Part shown: positions 43,545 through 52,650 of the stretch, in pieces | Position numbering within the stretch: the first letter of the stretch is position 1 | Layout of the letters: each line of letters starts with the position of its first letter | Assembly (NCBI GenBank): GCA_963818345.1 | Contig: CAWFRX010000009.1 | Coordinates: 3,130-67,129, forward strand | Source: an uncultured Acidobacteriota bacterium | GTDB lineage: Bacteria; Acidobacteriota; Terriglobia; Acidiferrales; UBA7541 | Direction of reading: 5' to 3' | Length of the DNA stretch: 64,000 nt | Made by a program: the position numbers and the translations under genes | The notes under the pieces: generated by a model | Database searches by the model: none | What the model was told of the DNA's origin: nothing | Seen by the model: the letters and a program-made list of their open reading frames with translations, nothing else

Positions 43545-43737
43545 CCCAGTCCATCACACCGTGACGCAAACCATCGCAGCGTTCTGAAGCCCCGCGTCAT
43601 TCTGAGTCGGAGTGGCCGGTTCTTCCCCACGTTCCGCTTTGCGGAACGTCCGGCCACGCAGCGAAGAATCTCTCTGCGGGTTTTCGTTCGCGTCGTTCCC
43701 GCTTACGTCGAAGGCGACGGTTTGCCGCAAGGTGGCG
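43545..43737 (+). repeat. Long-form hairpin repeat (about 190 nt), homologous to 63256-63447 in inverted orientation
   Basis: Conserved flanks gtcattctgagtcgg and gcagcgaagaatctctc. Outer stem gtggccgg (43612-43619) / ccggccac (43650-43657). Inner 9-bp hairpin acgttccgc-ttt-gcggaacgt (43629-43649). Confidence 0.85.
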
Positions 43738-43968
43738 CCCGCTGAACCGATTTGTGCCTCGACACTGTGCGACGGCCAGCAAGCAGCGGTCATTCTCAAA
43801 GTCGCCGAGACGAACTCGAAAGGACACCGAAAAACATTTTTCACGAACCTACTCGGTCCTGAGTCGGGGATCCGTTAGGGGGACGGAGCTTTAGCTCCGA
43901 CAATGGGGATAGCGTGAGCCGGGGGTTTCAACCCCTGAAGGGCGCCGTAGACACAAGGTACTCGCAAC

Positions 43969-45114
43969 TCACGTCGAAATTTGTGCGAGCGCCGCGTCGA
44001 GGTCGGCGATCAGATCCTCGGCATCTTCGATGCCCACCGAAAGCCGCACCAGCCCGTCGGTGATGCCGATCTGCTGGCGCACCTCGGCAGGGATCGACGA
44101 ATGCGTCATCGTCGCGGGATGCGAGATCAATGTCTCCACCCCGCCAAGGCTTTCGGCGAGCGAGCAAAGCTTCACGTGATTGAGCAGCGTTCGCGCCGCT
44201 TCGAGCGTATTTACGTCAAACGAAATCATGGCGCCGAAGCCGCGCTGCTGTTTGCGTGCGATCTCGTGCTGAGGATGCGAAGGCAGTCCCGGATACAGCA
44301 CACGCTTGACCTTCGGATGATCCTCGAGGTGACACGCGATGGCCATTCCGTTTGCGTCGTGCTGCTTCATGCGAACCGCCAGCGTCTTGATTCCGCGCGA
44401 CACCAGAAAGCAATCCATCGGCGCAAGCCCAGCCCCCGTCGAGCGCTGTAAAAAGTAAATCTTCTCGGCGTCGGCGGGGCGCGTGAGGATGACCGCCCCG
44501 CCCAGCGCGTCGCTGTGGCCATTCAGATATTTGGTCATCGAGTGCACCACGATGTGCGCGCCGAGCTTTAGCGGTTGCTGCAAGTAGGGACTGAGGAAGG
44601 TGTTATCCACGGCCAGCGTCAGGTTGTGCTCGTTGGCGATGCCTGCCATCTCAGCGATGTCCGAGACGATCATCGTTGGATTCGTGGGCGTCTCGACGTA
44701 GAGCATCTTGGTGTTCGGCCGCAGCGCGCGACGCACGCTTGCGGCGTCGGAGGTGTCGGCGAAACTGAATTCGAGCCCGAATTGCACCAGCAATTGCGTC
44801 ATCAGCCGGTACGCGCCGCCATAAACCGCTTCGGACACCACGGTATGATCGCCCGGCCGCAACAGCCGGAAGAGAGCGTCAATCGCCGCCATCCCGGAGG
44901 TGAAAACGTAAGCCGCCGTGCCACCTTCGAGTTCGGCGACGCACCGCTCCAGGGCCTGCCGATTGGGATGCGTGGTGCGCGCGTAGTCGTAGCCTTTGCC
45001 CTTGCCAAAGGCCTCCTGCACATAGGTGGAGGTCTGATAGATCGGGGCGACGATGGAGCCCGTGCTGGGGTCAGGCTCTTGGCCGACGTGAATCGCGTCG
45101 GTGGCGAATCCCAT
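43969..45114 (-). CDS. Cys/Met-metabolism PLP-dependent enzyme (cystathionine gamma-lyase/synthase family)
   Basis: Intact 381 aa: APIYQTSTY.., TSGMAAI, VDNTFLSPYLQQPLKLGAHIVVHSMTKYLNGHSD (PLP Lys), ESLGGVETLISHPATMTH, VRLSVGIED. Confidence 0.85.
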   Translation of the reverse strand: MGFATDAIHVGQEPDPSTGSIVAPIYQTSTYVQEAFGKGKGYDYARTTHPNRQALERCVAELEGGTAAYVFTSGMAAIDALFRLLRPGDHTVVSEAVYGGAYRLMTQLLVQFGLEFSFADTSDAASVRRALRPNTKMLYVETPTNPTMIVSDIAEMAGIANEHNLTLAVDNTFLSPYLQQPLKLGAHIVVHSMTKYLNGHSDALGGAVILTRPADAEKIYFLQRSTGAGLAPMDCFLVSRGIKTLAVRMKQHDANGMAIACHLEDHPKVKRVLYPGLPSHPQHEIARKQQRGFGAMISFDVNTLEAARTLLNHVKLCSLAESLGGVETLISHPATMTHSSIPAEVRQQIGITDGLVRLSVGIEDAEDLIADLDAALAQIST

Positions 45115-45244
45115 GCCTCTGCCTCCTAGAATGGATTAATTCTGGTACTTGAAATGTATGGTTCTGCTATTCGCTGCCCGGGCTTTGATGTGGGCAGTGG
45201 TCGGATGAGCGGGGTGACGTCATTGGTCAACATCCGCACAACCC

Positions 45245-45283
45245 GGTGTCATCCCGAGGCCCGCAGGCCGAGGGATCTGCTTT
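45245..45283 (+). repeat. Short-form interspersed repeat, third copy
   Basis: gtgtcatcccgaggcccgcaggccgagggatctgcttt is identical to 31777-31815. Confidence 0.85.
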
Positions 45284-45547
45284 TCGTTTCGACGCATTAA
45301 GAGTCTGAACGCGCCAGTTGCCAAGGTCGCAGATCCTATTAAAGACCCATGTCACGAAAGCAAAATAACCGGCGGCTGCTTCCCGGTTGCGCAAATTCCG
45401 CCGCAGGAGTATGTAGAGAGAAGCGCTTCGCTGCGGTAGCGACGACTGCGGGGTCGAAAGTAGCTCAGGAAACAGTCGGAGTCAATCGCACTCAGGGAAA
45501 TCGAAGTGAAAAAAGACCAGGTCCTGGACGTACCGGGAATTTTTTCG

Positions 45548-45977
45548 ATGACCAAACGAGCGACGATGCAAAGCCGCAGGAACACCACCGCAATCCTCGC
45601 GGCGATGACTCTGCTTTTTCTTTGCATGACGCTGTTCCGACCAAGCGCAAGCGCTCAGAAGCAGCCTCCTGCGCCGGCTCCCATGGCTCGTCTGACCGTC
45701 CAGGTAACCGCCGGCGATGAGAACAAGCCTCTCGCCGACGCGAGCATCTACCTGAAATTTGTCCTGCAGCGCGAAGCACCACAGAGACGAGAAGGTCGAA
45801 CTGAACCTCAAAACCAATCTGGAAGGCCTCGCACACTCTCCGGAAATTCCTCAGGGGAAAGTACTCATTCAAATCGTGGCGCCCGGATGGAAAACCTATG
45901 GCCAATACTACGACGTGCAAACCGAGGAGCAGACGGTTCAAATTCACCTCGGCCGCCCAGGCACGAAGTGGTATTGA
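45548..45977 (+). pseudogene. Secreted carboxypeptidase-regulatory-like (beta-sandwich) domain protein, frameshift near 45765
   Basis: Signal AILAAMTLLFLCMTLFRPSASA, then ARLTVQVTAGDENKPLADASIYLKFV | ..KVELNLKTNLEGLAHSPEIPQGKVLIQIVAPGWKTYGQYYDV. The domain call is inference. Confidence 0.4.
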
Positions 45978-46275
45978 AACGCGTCGCGATCTCCTCGTTC
46001 AGCTTCTCTGTGTGCGCTGCCGCACGCTCCGGACAAAAATATTCTCGTGCTGCTCGGAACCTGCACTGCGTTTGTGCAAACAGTACAACTCACTCACAGT
46101 GCGCGCAGTTACGCCGCTCGCGGCCTCCTTTTCCACACGCTTTTCAACACTTTTGTTGAAAAGCTCCGCGTTCTTGCCGCGCGCAAAAATTAAATTGTCT
46201 GGCGCCGCAGAGCTTTAATTCGCCACCACTTCTTTCCTTGAGAAAGTTTTCCGGCGCGCCACCGTGGCGCGAGCT

Positions 46276-46304
46276 TTGACGTCTCGAAACTCAGATGCTA
46301 GAGT
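46276..46304 (+). promoter_or_regulatory. Sigma70-like promoter for the FtsX-family permease gene
   Basis: TTGACG (46276-46281), 17-nt spacer, TAGAGT (46299-46304). The ATG is at 46326. Confidence 0.35.
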
Positions 46305-46325
46305 ACCCGGCCGGATGATGGCCCC

Positions 46326-47459
46326 ATGACCGAGTCTCTCCCCGAAGGAATCGATCGGGGGAAATTCCTCTACGCGCGATTACTTTGGAATAATCTCGGC
46401 GTACATCCGTTGCGTTCCGCGCTCAGCGCAGTCGCCATCGGCTTGCAGGTATTCCTGATTCTCTTCATCGTCGGGCTCACCCGGGTGTTCTCAGCGATTG
46501 GCGCGCGCGCGCCGAAGGGGTGGGCGCCGACATCATCGTTCAGCCGCCCAACTCTTCTATTTTCTTTTCCTTTTCGAGCGCCGTGATGCCGCAATCTCTG
46601 GCCGCCGATATGGCCCGGTTCCCCGGAGTCGATGAAGCCTCTCCGGTTTTTATTGTGGTGGATACGCGGACGCTAGGCGTGGTCTACGGAATAGACTATG
46701 CGAGCTTTAGCGGCTCAGCGCGGGATTCACATTTCTCTCCGGCGGGCCCTTCACGCAGCCCGATGACGCCATAGCCGACGATCTCGCCGCGCAAGGCGCG
46801 CAAGCTCAAGGCCGGTGGCACGGTTACGCTGATGAACCACACCTTCCGCGTTTCCGGCATCGTCGTGCACGGAAAAGGCGCGCGCTTCTTTGTGCCGCTG
46901 GCGACCGCGCAAGACATCGCCGGCGCCGAAAACCGCGTGTCCATGATTTACGTGCGTACCACGGGGAACACCGAAGCCGTGCGAGCGGCGATGGTAAAAC
47001 GCTTTCCGGATTACCGCATCCGTTCGATGGCCGAGTACATGTCGCTGATGACCTCTTCCAGCTTACCCGAGCTCAAGCCCTTCATTAATTCGTTCGTGGG
47101 GTTAGGCGTGGCCATCAGCTTCCTCGTGATTTTGCTGACCATGTACACCCTGGTGCTCGAGCGGCGGCGGGAAATCGGAATTCTGAAGGCGCTCGGGGCG
47201 TCGCGCATGCGAGATTTGCTGGCTGATTGTTGCGGAAGCTCTTGTGCTGGTGGTGCTCGGGGTTGCCTTTGGAATTGCCAGTACCTACGGGACCACCGCC
47301 TTGCTGCATCGAACCTCACCTACACTTCAAATTCAAATTCCCGCCGGCTGGATCGCGCGCGCCGTCTTTGTTGCCATTGCCGGAGCGCTGGCGGGTGCCG
47401 CCTATCCCGCACTGCGCGCTGCCGGAACCGACCCGGTCGACGCCTTGGCCTACGAGTAA
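46326..47459 (+). pseudogene. FtsX/MacB-type ABC transporter permease, about 4 frameshifts
   Basis: LLWNNLGVHPLRSALSAVAIGLQVFLILFIVGL | ..GADIIVQPPNSS.. | ..FINSFVGLGVAISFLVILLTMYTLVLERRREIGILKALGAS | ..MLVVLGVAFGIASTYG..AGALAGAAYPALRAAGTDPVDALAYE. Confidence 0.75.
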
Positions 47460-47622
47460 GCCGCGCGGCGCGTCGCGGCGCAGCGGCTGATCGCCACCGA
47501 TCGCCGCCAACCATCGCCACCGAAAAGGCAAAGTCGTTGCCCCCGCCGCGTGAATTTGGTACAAACACCAGGACACTCGAATGTACCCGCGCGCTTCAAG
47601 CGCGAACGTCGGAGGAGACAAA

Positions 47623-48297
47623 ATGCGAATTCTGCGCAACCTGGGATTGGTCGCCGCCTTAGCGCTCGCGGCTGCATGGCCGGCTGCTTCACAGATGGGC
47701 GTGCCCCTGCCCGATTTTCGCGGCGTCTTCAGCCCGACGGTTGGCGCGGGCGCCGCATACCAAATGCAAGGCAAAACCGGCCAACAGGAAATCGAAATCA
47801 GCGTGGTTGGCAAAGAGGATGTCAACGGCAAGCAGGGTTTTTGGCTTGAGATGGCCATGAACCCCAGCGGCAAGGGTCAAATGTACGCGAAGAATTTGAT
47901 GGTCCTGGACGGTAAGAATTCCACCATTGCGCGCATGATCGTGCAGATGCAGGGACAAGCGCCCATGGAGCTGCCGGCGATGATGATGAGCCGCGGCGGC
48001 CAGACGCCGACTCCAACCACCACGGACATCCGCGACCAAGCCGAGCACGTGGGAACCGAAGACGTGACCACTCCCGCCGGCACCTTCAGCTGCGAGCACT
48101 ACCGCTCGAAGGACGGCGGCGACATCTGGATCTCCAACAAAGTGTCCCCGTGGGGCCTGGTCAAATCAACCGGCAACGGCCAAAGCATGACCCTGGTTCG
48201 GGTGATCAGCGATGCACAGGATCACATCACCGGCACGCCGCAGAAGTTCGACCCTTCCCAACTCATGCGCCAACGCGGGGGACAGTCTCCGCAGTAA
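47623..48297 (+). CDS. Secreted hypothetical protein
   Basis: GGAGGAG lies 5 nt upstream of the ATG. MRILRNLGLVAALALAAAWPAASQ is a signal peptide. Intact. Confidence 0.5.
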   Translation: MRILRNLGLVAALALAAAWPAASQMGVPLPDFRGVFSPTVGAGAAYQMQGKTGQQEIEISVVGKEDVNGKQGFWLEMAMNPSGKGQMYAKNLMVLDGKNSTIARMIVQMQGQAPMELPAMMMSRGGQTPTPTTTDIRDQAEHVGTEDVTTPAGTFSCEHYRSKDGGDIWISNKVSPWGLVKSTGNGQSMTLVRVISDAQDHITGTPQKFDPSQLMRQRGGQSPQ

Positions 48298-48460
48298 CCG
48301 CGTGCCCGCTCCGATAGCAACCCGCGTTATAGGTGTGGCCTCACGCCGAGCCCGAGTCCACGCCACAACGTTGCGCTCTTTCCGCGCTGCCTCGAAGCGG
48401 CCGCAACTTCATCCAAATATCAGCGGCGAGCCGGCGCTTCACCGCAGGGAACCAGCATTC

Positions 48461-49813
48461 ATGTCCACTAGCGGGCAATACTTCGTCGCGGTCGTAGGGG
48501 GCGCGGTTTCCGGGTCGGTGTCCGCCGAAATCCTGGCGGATCACGGAATCCGCGTGGCCGTGTTCGAGCAGAACACCAGGCCCTACGGAAAGATCGAAGA
48601 CGGTTTGCCGCGCTGGCACGTCGAACAGCGCAAACAGGAATACGCCCGAATCGACGCGCGCCTAAAAAAGCCAAACGTCTACTTCATTCCCTCGACCAAG
48701 CTCGGCCGCGACATCGAGTTTGAAGACTTGTCCAATCGCTGGGGTTTTTCCGCGGTGATCTTGGCCAACGGCGCCTGGCGCGACCGCGACTTGGGCGTGC
48801 CCGGCGCCGACAAGTTCGTCGGTCGTGGCCTGGTGTATCAGAACCGGCTCATCCACTGGTACAACCACAAAAATGAAAAGGGTTACTCGGGACCGCGCTA
48901 CGAAACTCCGGATGAGGCGCTCGTCGTCGGCGGCGGCCTGGCCTCGATCGACGTCGTCAAAGTGTTGCAGTTCGAGAATTACGAGCGAGCCTTGAAGGCC
49001 CGCGGCTTCGAGACCGATATGCTGGAGCTGGACAAGGGCATTCCCGCGGCCTGCAAGTTTTACGGAGTCGAGCCCGCCGACTTAGGCGTGAAAGGGTGCC
49101 TGTTAATTTACCGCCGTCGCGAACAGGACATGCCCCTGGCCCAGCCGCCCGCGAACGCGACTCCCGAGCAGATCGCCAAGACCGAGCAGGTCCGCCAGAA
49201 GGTGCTTCGCCAGGCGCAGGAAAAATATTTGTTTCGCTTTCAGGAGCGCAGGCTAACCACCGGGCTGATCGTCGAGAATGATCGCCTGGCCGGCTTACGG
49301 GTCGCGGAAACAAAAGTGGAGGGCAGGAAAGCGGAGCCGATACCCGGCACGGAATACGAACTGCGCGCGCCTCTCGTGGTCTCCTCCATCGGATCGGTGC
49401 CCGAACTCCTTCCCGGCGTGGCCATGAAGGGGGAATACTACACCTTTACCGGCGGCGACTTGCCGCGCTACGCGGGTTCGGACCACGTCTACGGCGTTGG
49501 AAACGTAGTCACGGGCAAAGGCAACATTCGCGTTTCACTGGTGCACAGCCAAGAGGTGACCACGAGGCTGGTCGAAAACTACGTCGGCGTTGGAGAGGGC
49601 CCCAAGGATTTCTCGCAACTCTACGCGGCAAGCGAGGCGCGCGCGGCAGGCGAAGCGATCGCGGTCGAGCAGCGCCTCAAGGCGTTTCCCCCTCTTTCGC
49701 AAGCCGAAATTGCGGCGATTGAGGAAAGGATCCGTGGCCTGCAAGGGCGCGTCGGTTACACGTCCGACTACGATGCGTGGATCGCCAAGGTGACGCCGTC
49801 AGACCTGCAATAG
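48461..49813 (+). CDS. FAD/NAD(P)-binding oxidoreductase
   Basis: Dinucleotide fold FVAVVGGAVSGSVSAEILADHGIRVAVFEQ and a second LVVGGGLASIDVVK. Intact about 450 aa. The specific function is unknown. Confidence 0.6.
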   Translation: MSTSGQYFVAVVGGAVSGSVSAEILADHGIRVAVFEQNTRPYGKIEDGLPRWHVEQRKQEYARIDARLKKPNVYFIPSTKLGRDIEFEDLSNRWGFSAVILANGAWRDRDLGVPGADKFVGRGLVYQNRLIHWYNHKNEKGYSGPRYETPDEALVVGGGLASIDVVKVLQFENYERALKARGFETDMLELDKGIPAACKFYGVEPADLGVKGCLLIYRRREQDMPLAQPPANATPEQIAKTEQVRQKVLRQAQEKYLFRFQERRLTTGLIVENDRLAGLRVAETKVEGRKAEPIPGTEYELRAPLVVSSIGSVPELLPGVAMKGEYYTFTGGDLPRYAGSDHVYGVGNVVTGKGNIRVSLVHSQEVTTRLVENYVGVGEGPKDFSQLYAASEARAAGEAIAVEQRLKAFPPLSQAEIAAIEERIRGLQGRVGYTSDYDAWIAKVTPSDLQ

Positions 49814-49900
49814 CTGCCCGCGCTTCCGCTACCTCTGCCTCACGCTGCGTGGCAATCGACGCAATCGAAGAAATCGGCGGCGCGGCCCGCAAGTTAGCCG

Positions 49901-52169
49901 TTAGCGCTGAAGCTTGAAGTAGATCACGCCCAGCGGCGGAACGCGCACCGGGATCGAGTACGGCCGTCCCATCCACGGCACCCACTCCGCCATCACGCCG
50001 CCCGCGTTGCCTACGTCGGTGCCGCCGTAACACGCCCCGTCGGTGTTCAACAATTCGCGATAATAGCCCGGCTCCGGAACGCCCACGCGGTAACGCTCGT
50101 GCGGGACGGGCGTGAAATTTGCAAGCACCACCACAATTTCCTGCGGATCTCTCGCGCGCCGCAGAAAAGACAGAATGCTGGCGGCGGCGTCGTTGCAGTC
50201 GATCCAATCGAACCCGTGCCAGTCGAAGTCCACCTGGTGCAGCGCCGGCTCGCGTTGGTAGAGCGCGTTGAGGTCGGCGACCAGCCGCTGCAAACCCTGA
50301 TGCTGCGGATAGGCAAGCAGGCCCCATTCCAGGCTCGTGCTGGCGTCCCACTCCGACCGCTGCCCGAACTCCGAGCCCATGAACAGCATTTTCTTGCCGG
50401 GATGCCCGTAAAAATATCCGTACAGCAGCCTCAGATTCGCGAACTGCTGCCAGAGATCCCCAGGCATTTTGTTGATCAGCGAAGACTTGCCGTGAACCAC
50501 TTCGTCGTGCGAAAGCGGCAGGACAAAATTCTCCGTGAAGGCGTACAGCATCGAAAAGGTCATGCGGTTGTGATTATACTTGCGATAAATCGGGTCCAGC
50601 GAAAAGTACTGAAGAGTATCGTTCATCCAGCCCATGTTCCATTTCAAATTGAAGCCCAGGCCGCCCAGGTAGGTCGGCCGCGACACCGCAGGCCACGCCG
50701 TGGACTCCTCGGCGATCATCAGCACGCCGGGATAGCGCGCGTACACCAGTTCATTCAGCCGCTTCAGCAGGGCAATGGCCGCAAGATTTTCGCGCCCGCC
50801 GTATTCGTTCGGAATCCATTCGCCGGGCTGCCTCGAGTAGTCCAAATAAAGCATCGACGCCACGGCATCCACGCGCAAACCATCGACGTGATACTTGTCG
50901 AACCAAAACAGCGCGCTGGCCAAGAGAAAATTTTGCACCTCGGTGCGGCTGTAATTGAATACCAGCGTGCCCCAATCCGGATGCAGTCCTTGTCGCGGGT
51001 CCGCGTGCTCGTAGAGATGCGTGCCATCGAATTCGGCCAGGCCATGCGCGTCGGAAGGGAAGTGGGCCGGCGTCCAGTCCAGGATCACGCCGATTCCTTC
51101 CTGATGGCAGAGATCGATGAATCGCATCAGGTCGAGGGGCGTGCCGAAGCGGCTGGTCGCGGCGAAATAGCCCACCGTCTGATAGCCCCAGGACGCGTCG
51201 TAGGGGTGCTCCATCACCGGCAGCAGTTCGATGTGCGTGTAGCCCATCTGCTTGACGTATGGAATCAGCTGGTTCGCCGAGTTCGTGGTAGCTCAGCCAG
51301 CGATGATTCTCTTCCGGCACGCGGCGCCAGGAACTCAAATGCACTTCGTAGATCGAAATGGGCTCGGCCAGCCAGTCTCGTAGCGGCCGCGCGTTCATCC
51401 ACGCCGAGTCTTGCCACTGGTAAACATCGAGCGAGCGCACCCGCGATGCCGTCTTCGGCCTGAGCTCCGCCTCAAACGCGTAGGGATCGGCCTTCAAAAA
51501 TGGCAGATCGCCATGCTTCGACCGAATCTCGAATTTGTAGTTGGCGCCCTCGTCCAGGCCCGGCACGAATAGCTCCCAGACGCCCGAGCCCCCGCGCGGC
51601 TGCATCGGATGCACGCGCCCATCCCAGCCGTTGAAATCGCCCACCACGCCAACGCGCAGCGCGTTCGGCGCCCAAACCGCAAAATGCACCCCGCGCAACC
51701 CGGCGACCTCCCAAACATGCGCGCCCATCTTTTCGTAGAGCACCTGGTGCGTGCCTTCGCCGAGCAGGTGCAGGTCGAAATCGGTAAGCAGAGGCGGAAA
51801 AGCGTAAGGGTCGGCAATTTCGCTGCTGTTGCCGTCGTTCCAGCGGATGCGCAAGCGATAGCGTTCCGGGCCCAGCGGACCCGTGATGCGCGCCGGCAAA
51901 AGCGCCTCGAAAATTCCCTCGGGCTCCACGCGCGCAGCCGGAATCGTCTCGCCATCGATCAGCACCGCGACCTCGGCAGCGAACGGCTGAATCGTCCGAA
52001 CCACCAGCCGCGCCGCGCCATCGCGTTCCACCACATGCGGCCCCAGAACGCCCAAGGGGTCAGAATGCTCAGCCCGCAGAAGCCGCGCATTTTCGCTCAA
52101 CGGCTGCGGCGAGTCTGTCGTGTCTTGCCCCGCGATTTTTGGCCCCTGCGTCAAGTCAGCGCCTCGCAA
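49901..52169 (-). pseudogene. glgB: 1,4-alpha-glucan branching enzyme, single frameshift near 51277
   Basis: ..GVHFAVWAPNA..VGDFNGWDGRVHPM..GVWELFVPG..YKFEI..ISIYEVHLSSWRR.. | ..[67 protein letters not shown]. The extra G in ctcGgcgaac was seen directly. Confidence 0.9.
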
Positions 52170-52650
52170 AAACTAGTTAACCGCCATCATCATTCTATCG
52201 AACTCGCTTTGCGGCGGGCCATTTTTCTCACCGCCGGCCCGCTCCTCACACTACAGCGACGGCCTCACACCACAACCTCGGGTATTCCCCTGAGAACGCG
52301 GGTCTACCGATTGGCGGGGAACTGCCAGGCGTCCGGCCGCACGTATCATGCGCCACGATCAAAGCCCCATCGAATCGATGACCTAAGCTCTCCTGCTCTC
52401 GATCACACGGAAACAACCGCGTTCAGCGTCATAGGTCAGAATCTCCTCAAGGATCAGCGGATCGAGTACTTGAACGAACCGGACGTGGTCCAATCGGGGA
52501 TGGTCAAACGCAGCGTCGATGGGAAGTTTAGTTGGTTGCGGGGCTCTGAAAACTGGTGTATATAACCGCCCACACGGGCCGAGTCACTGGATTCATTGCG
52601 ATCAAGATAGTAGGCGTTCGGCAGGCGAATCGCGGCGTTACGCGAAATCT

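Noticed and set aside
45115-45244. SAM-type riboswitch upstream of the Cys/Met PLP enzyme gene
   Set aside because: No SAM-I or SAM-II core motifs are recognisable. Only a GGAGG ribosome-binding site and a nearby interspersed repeat are present.
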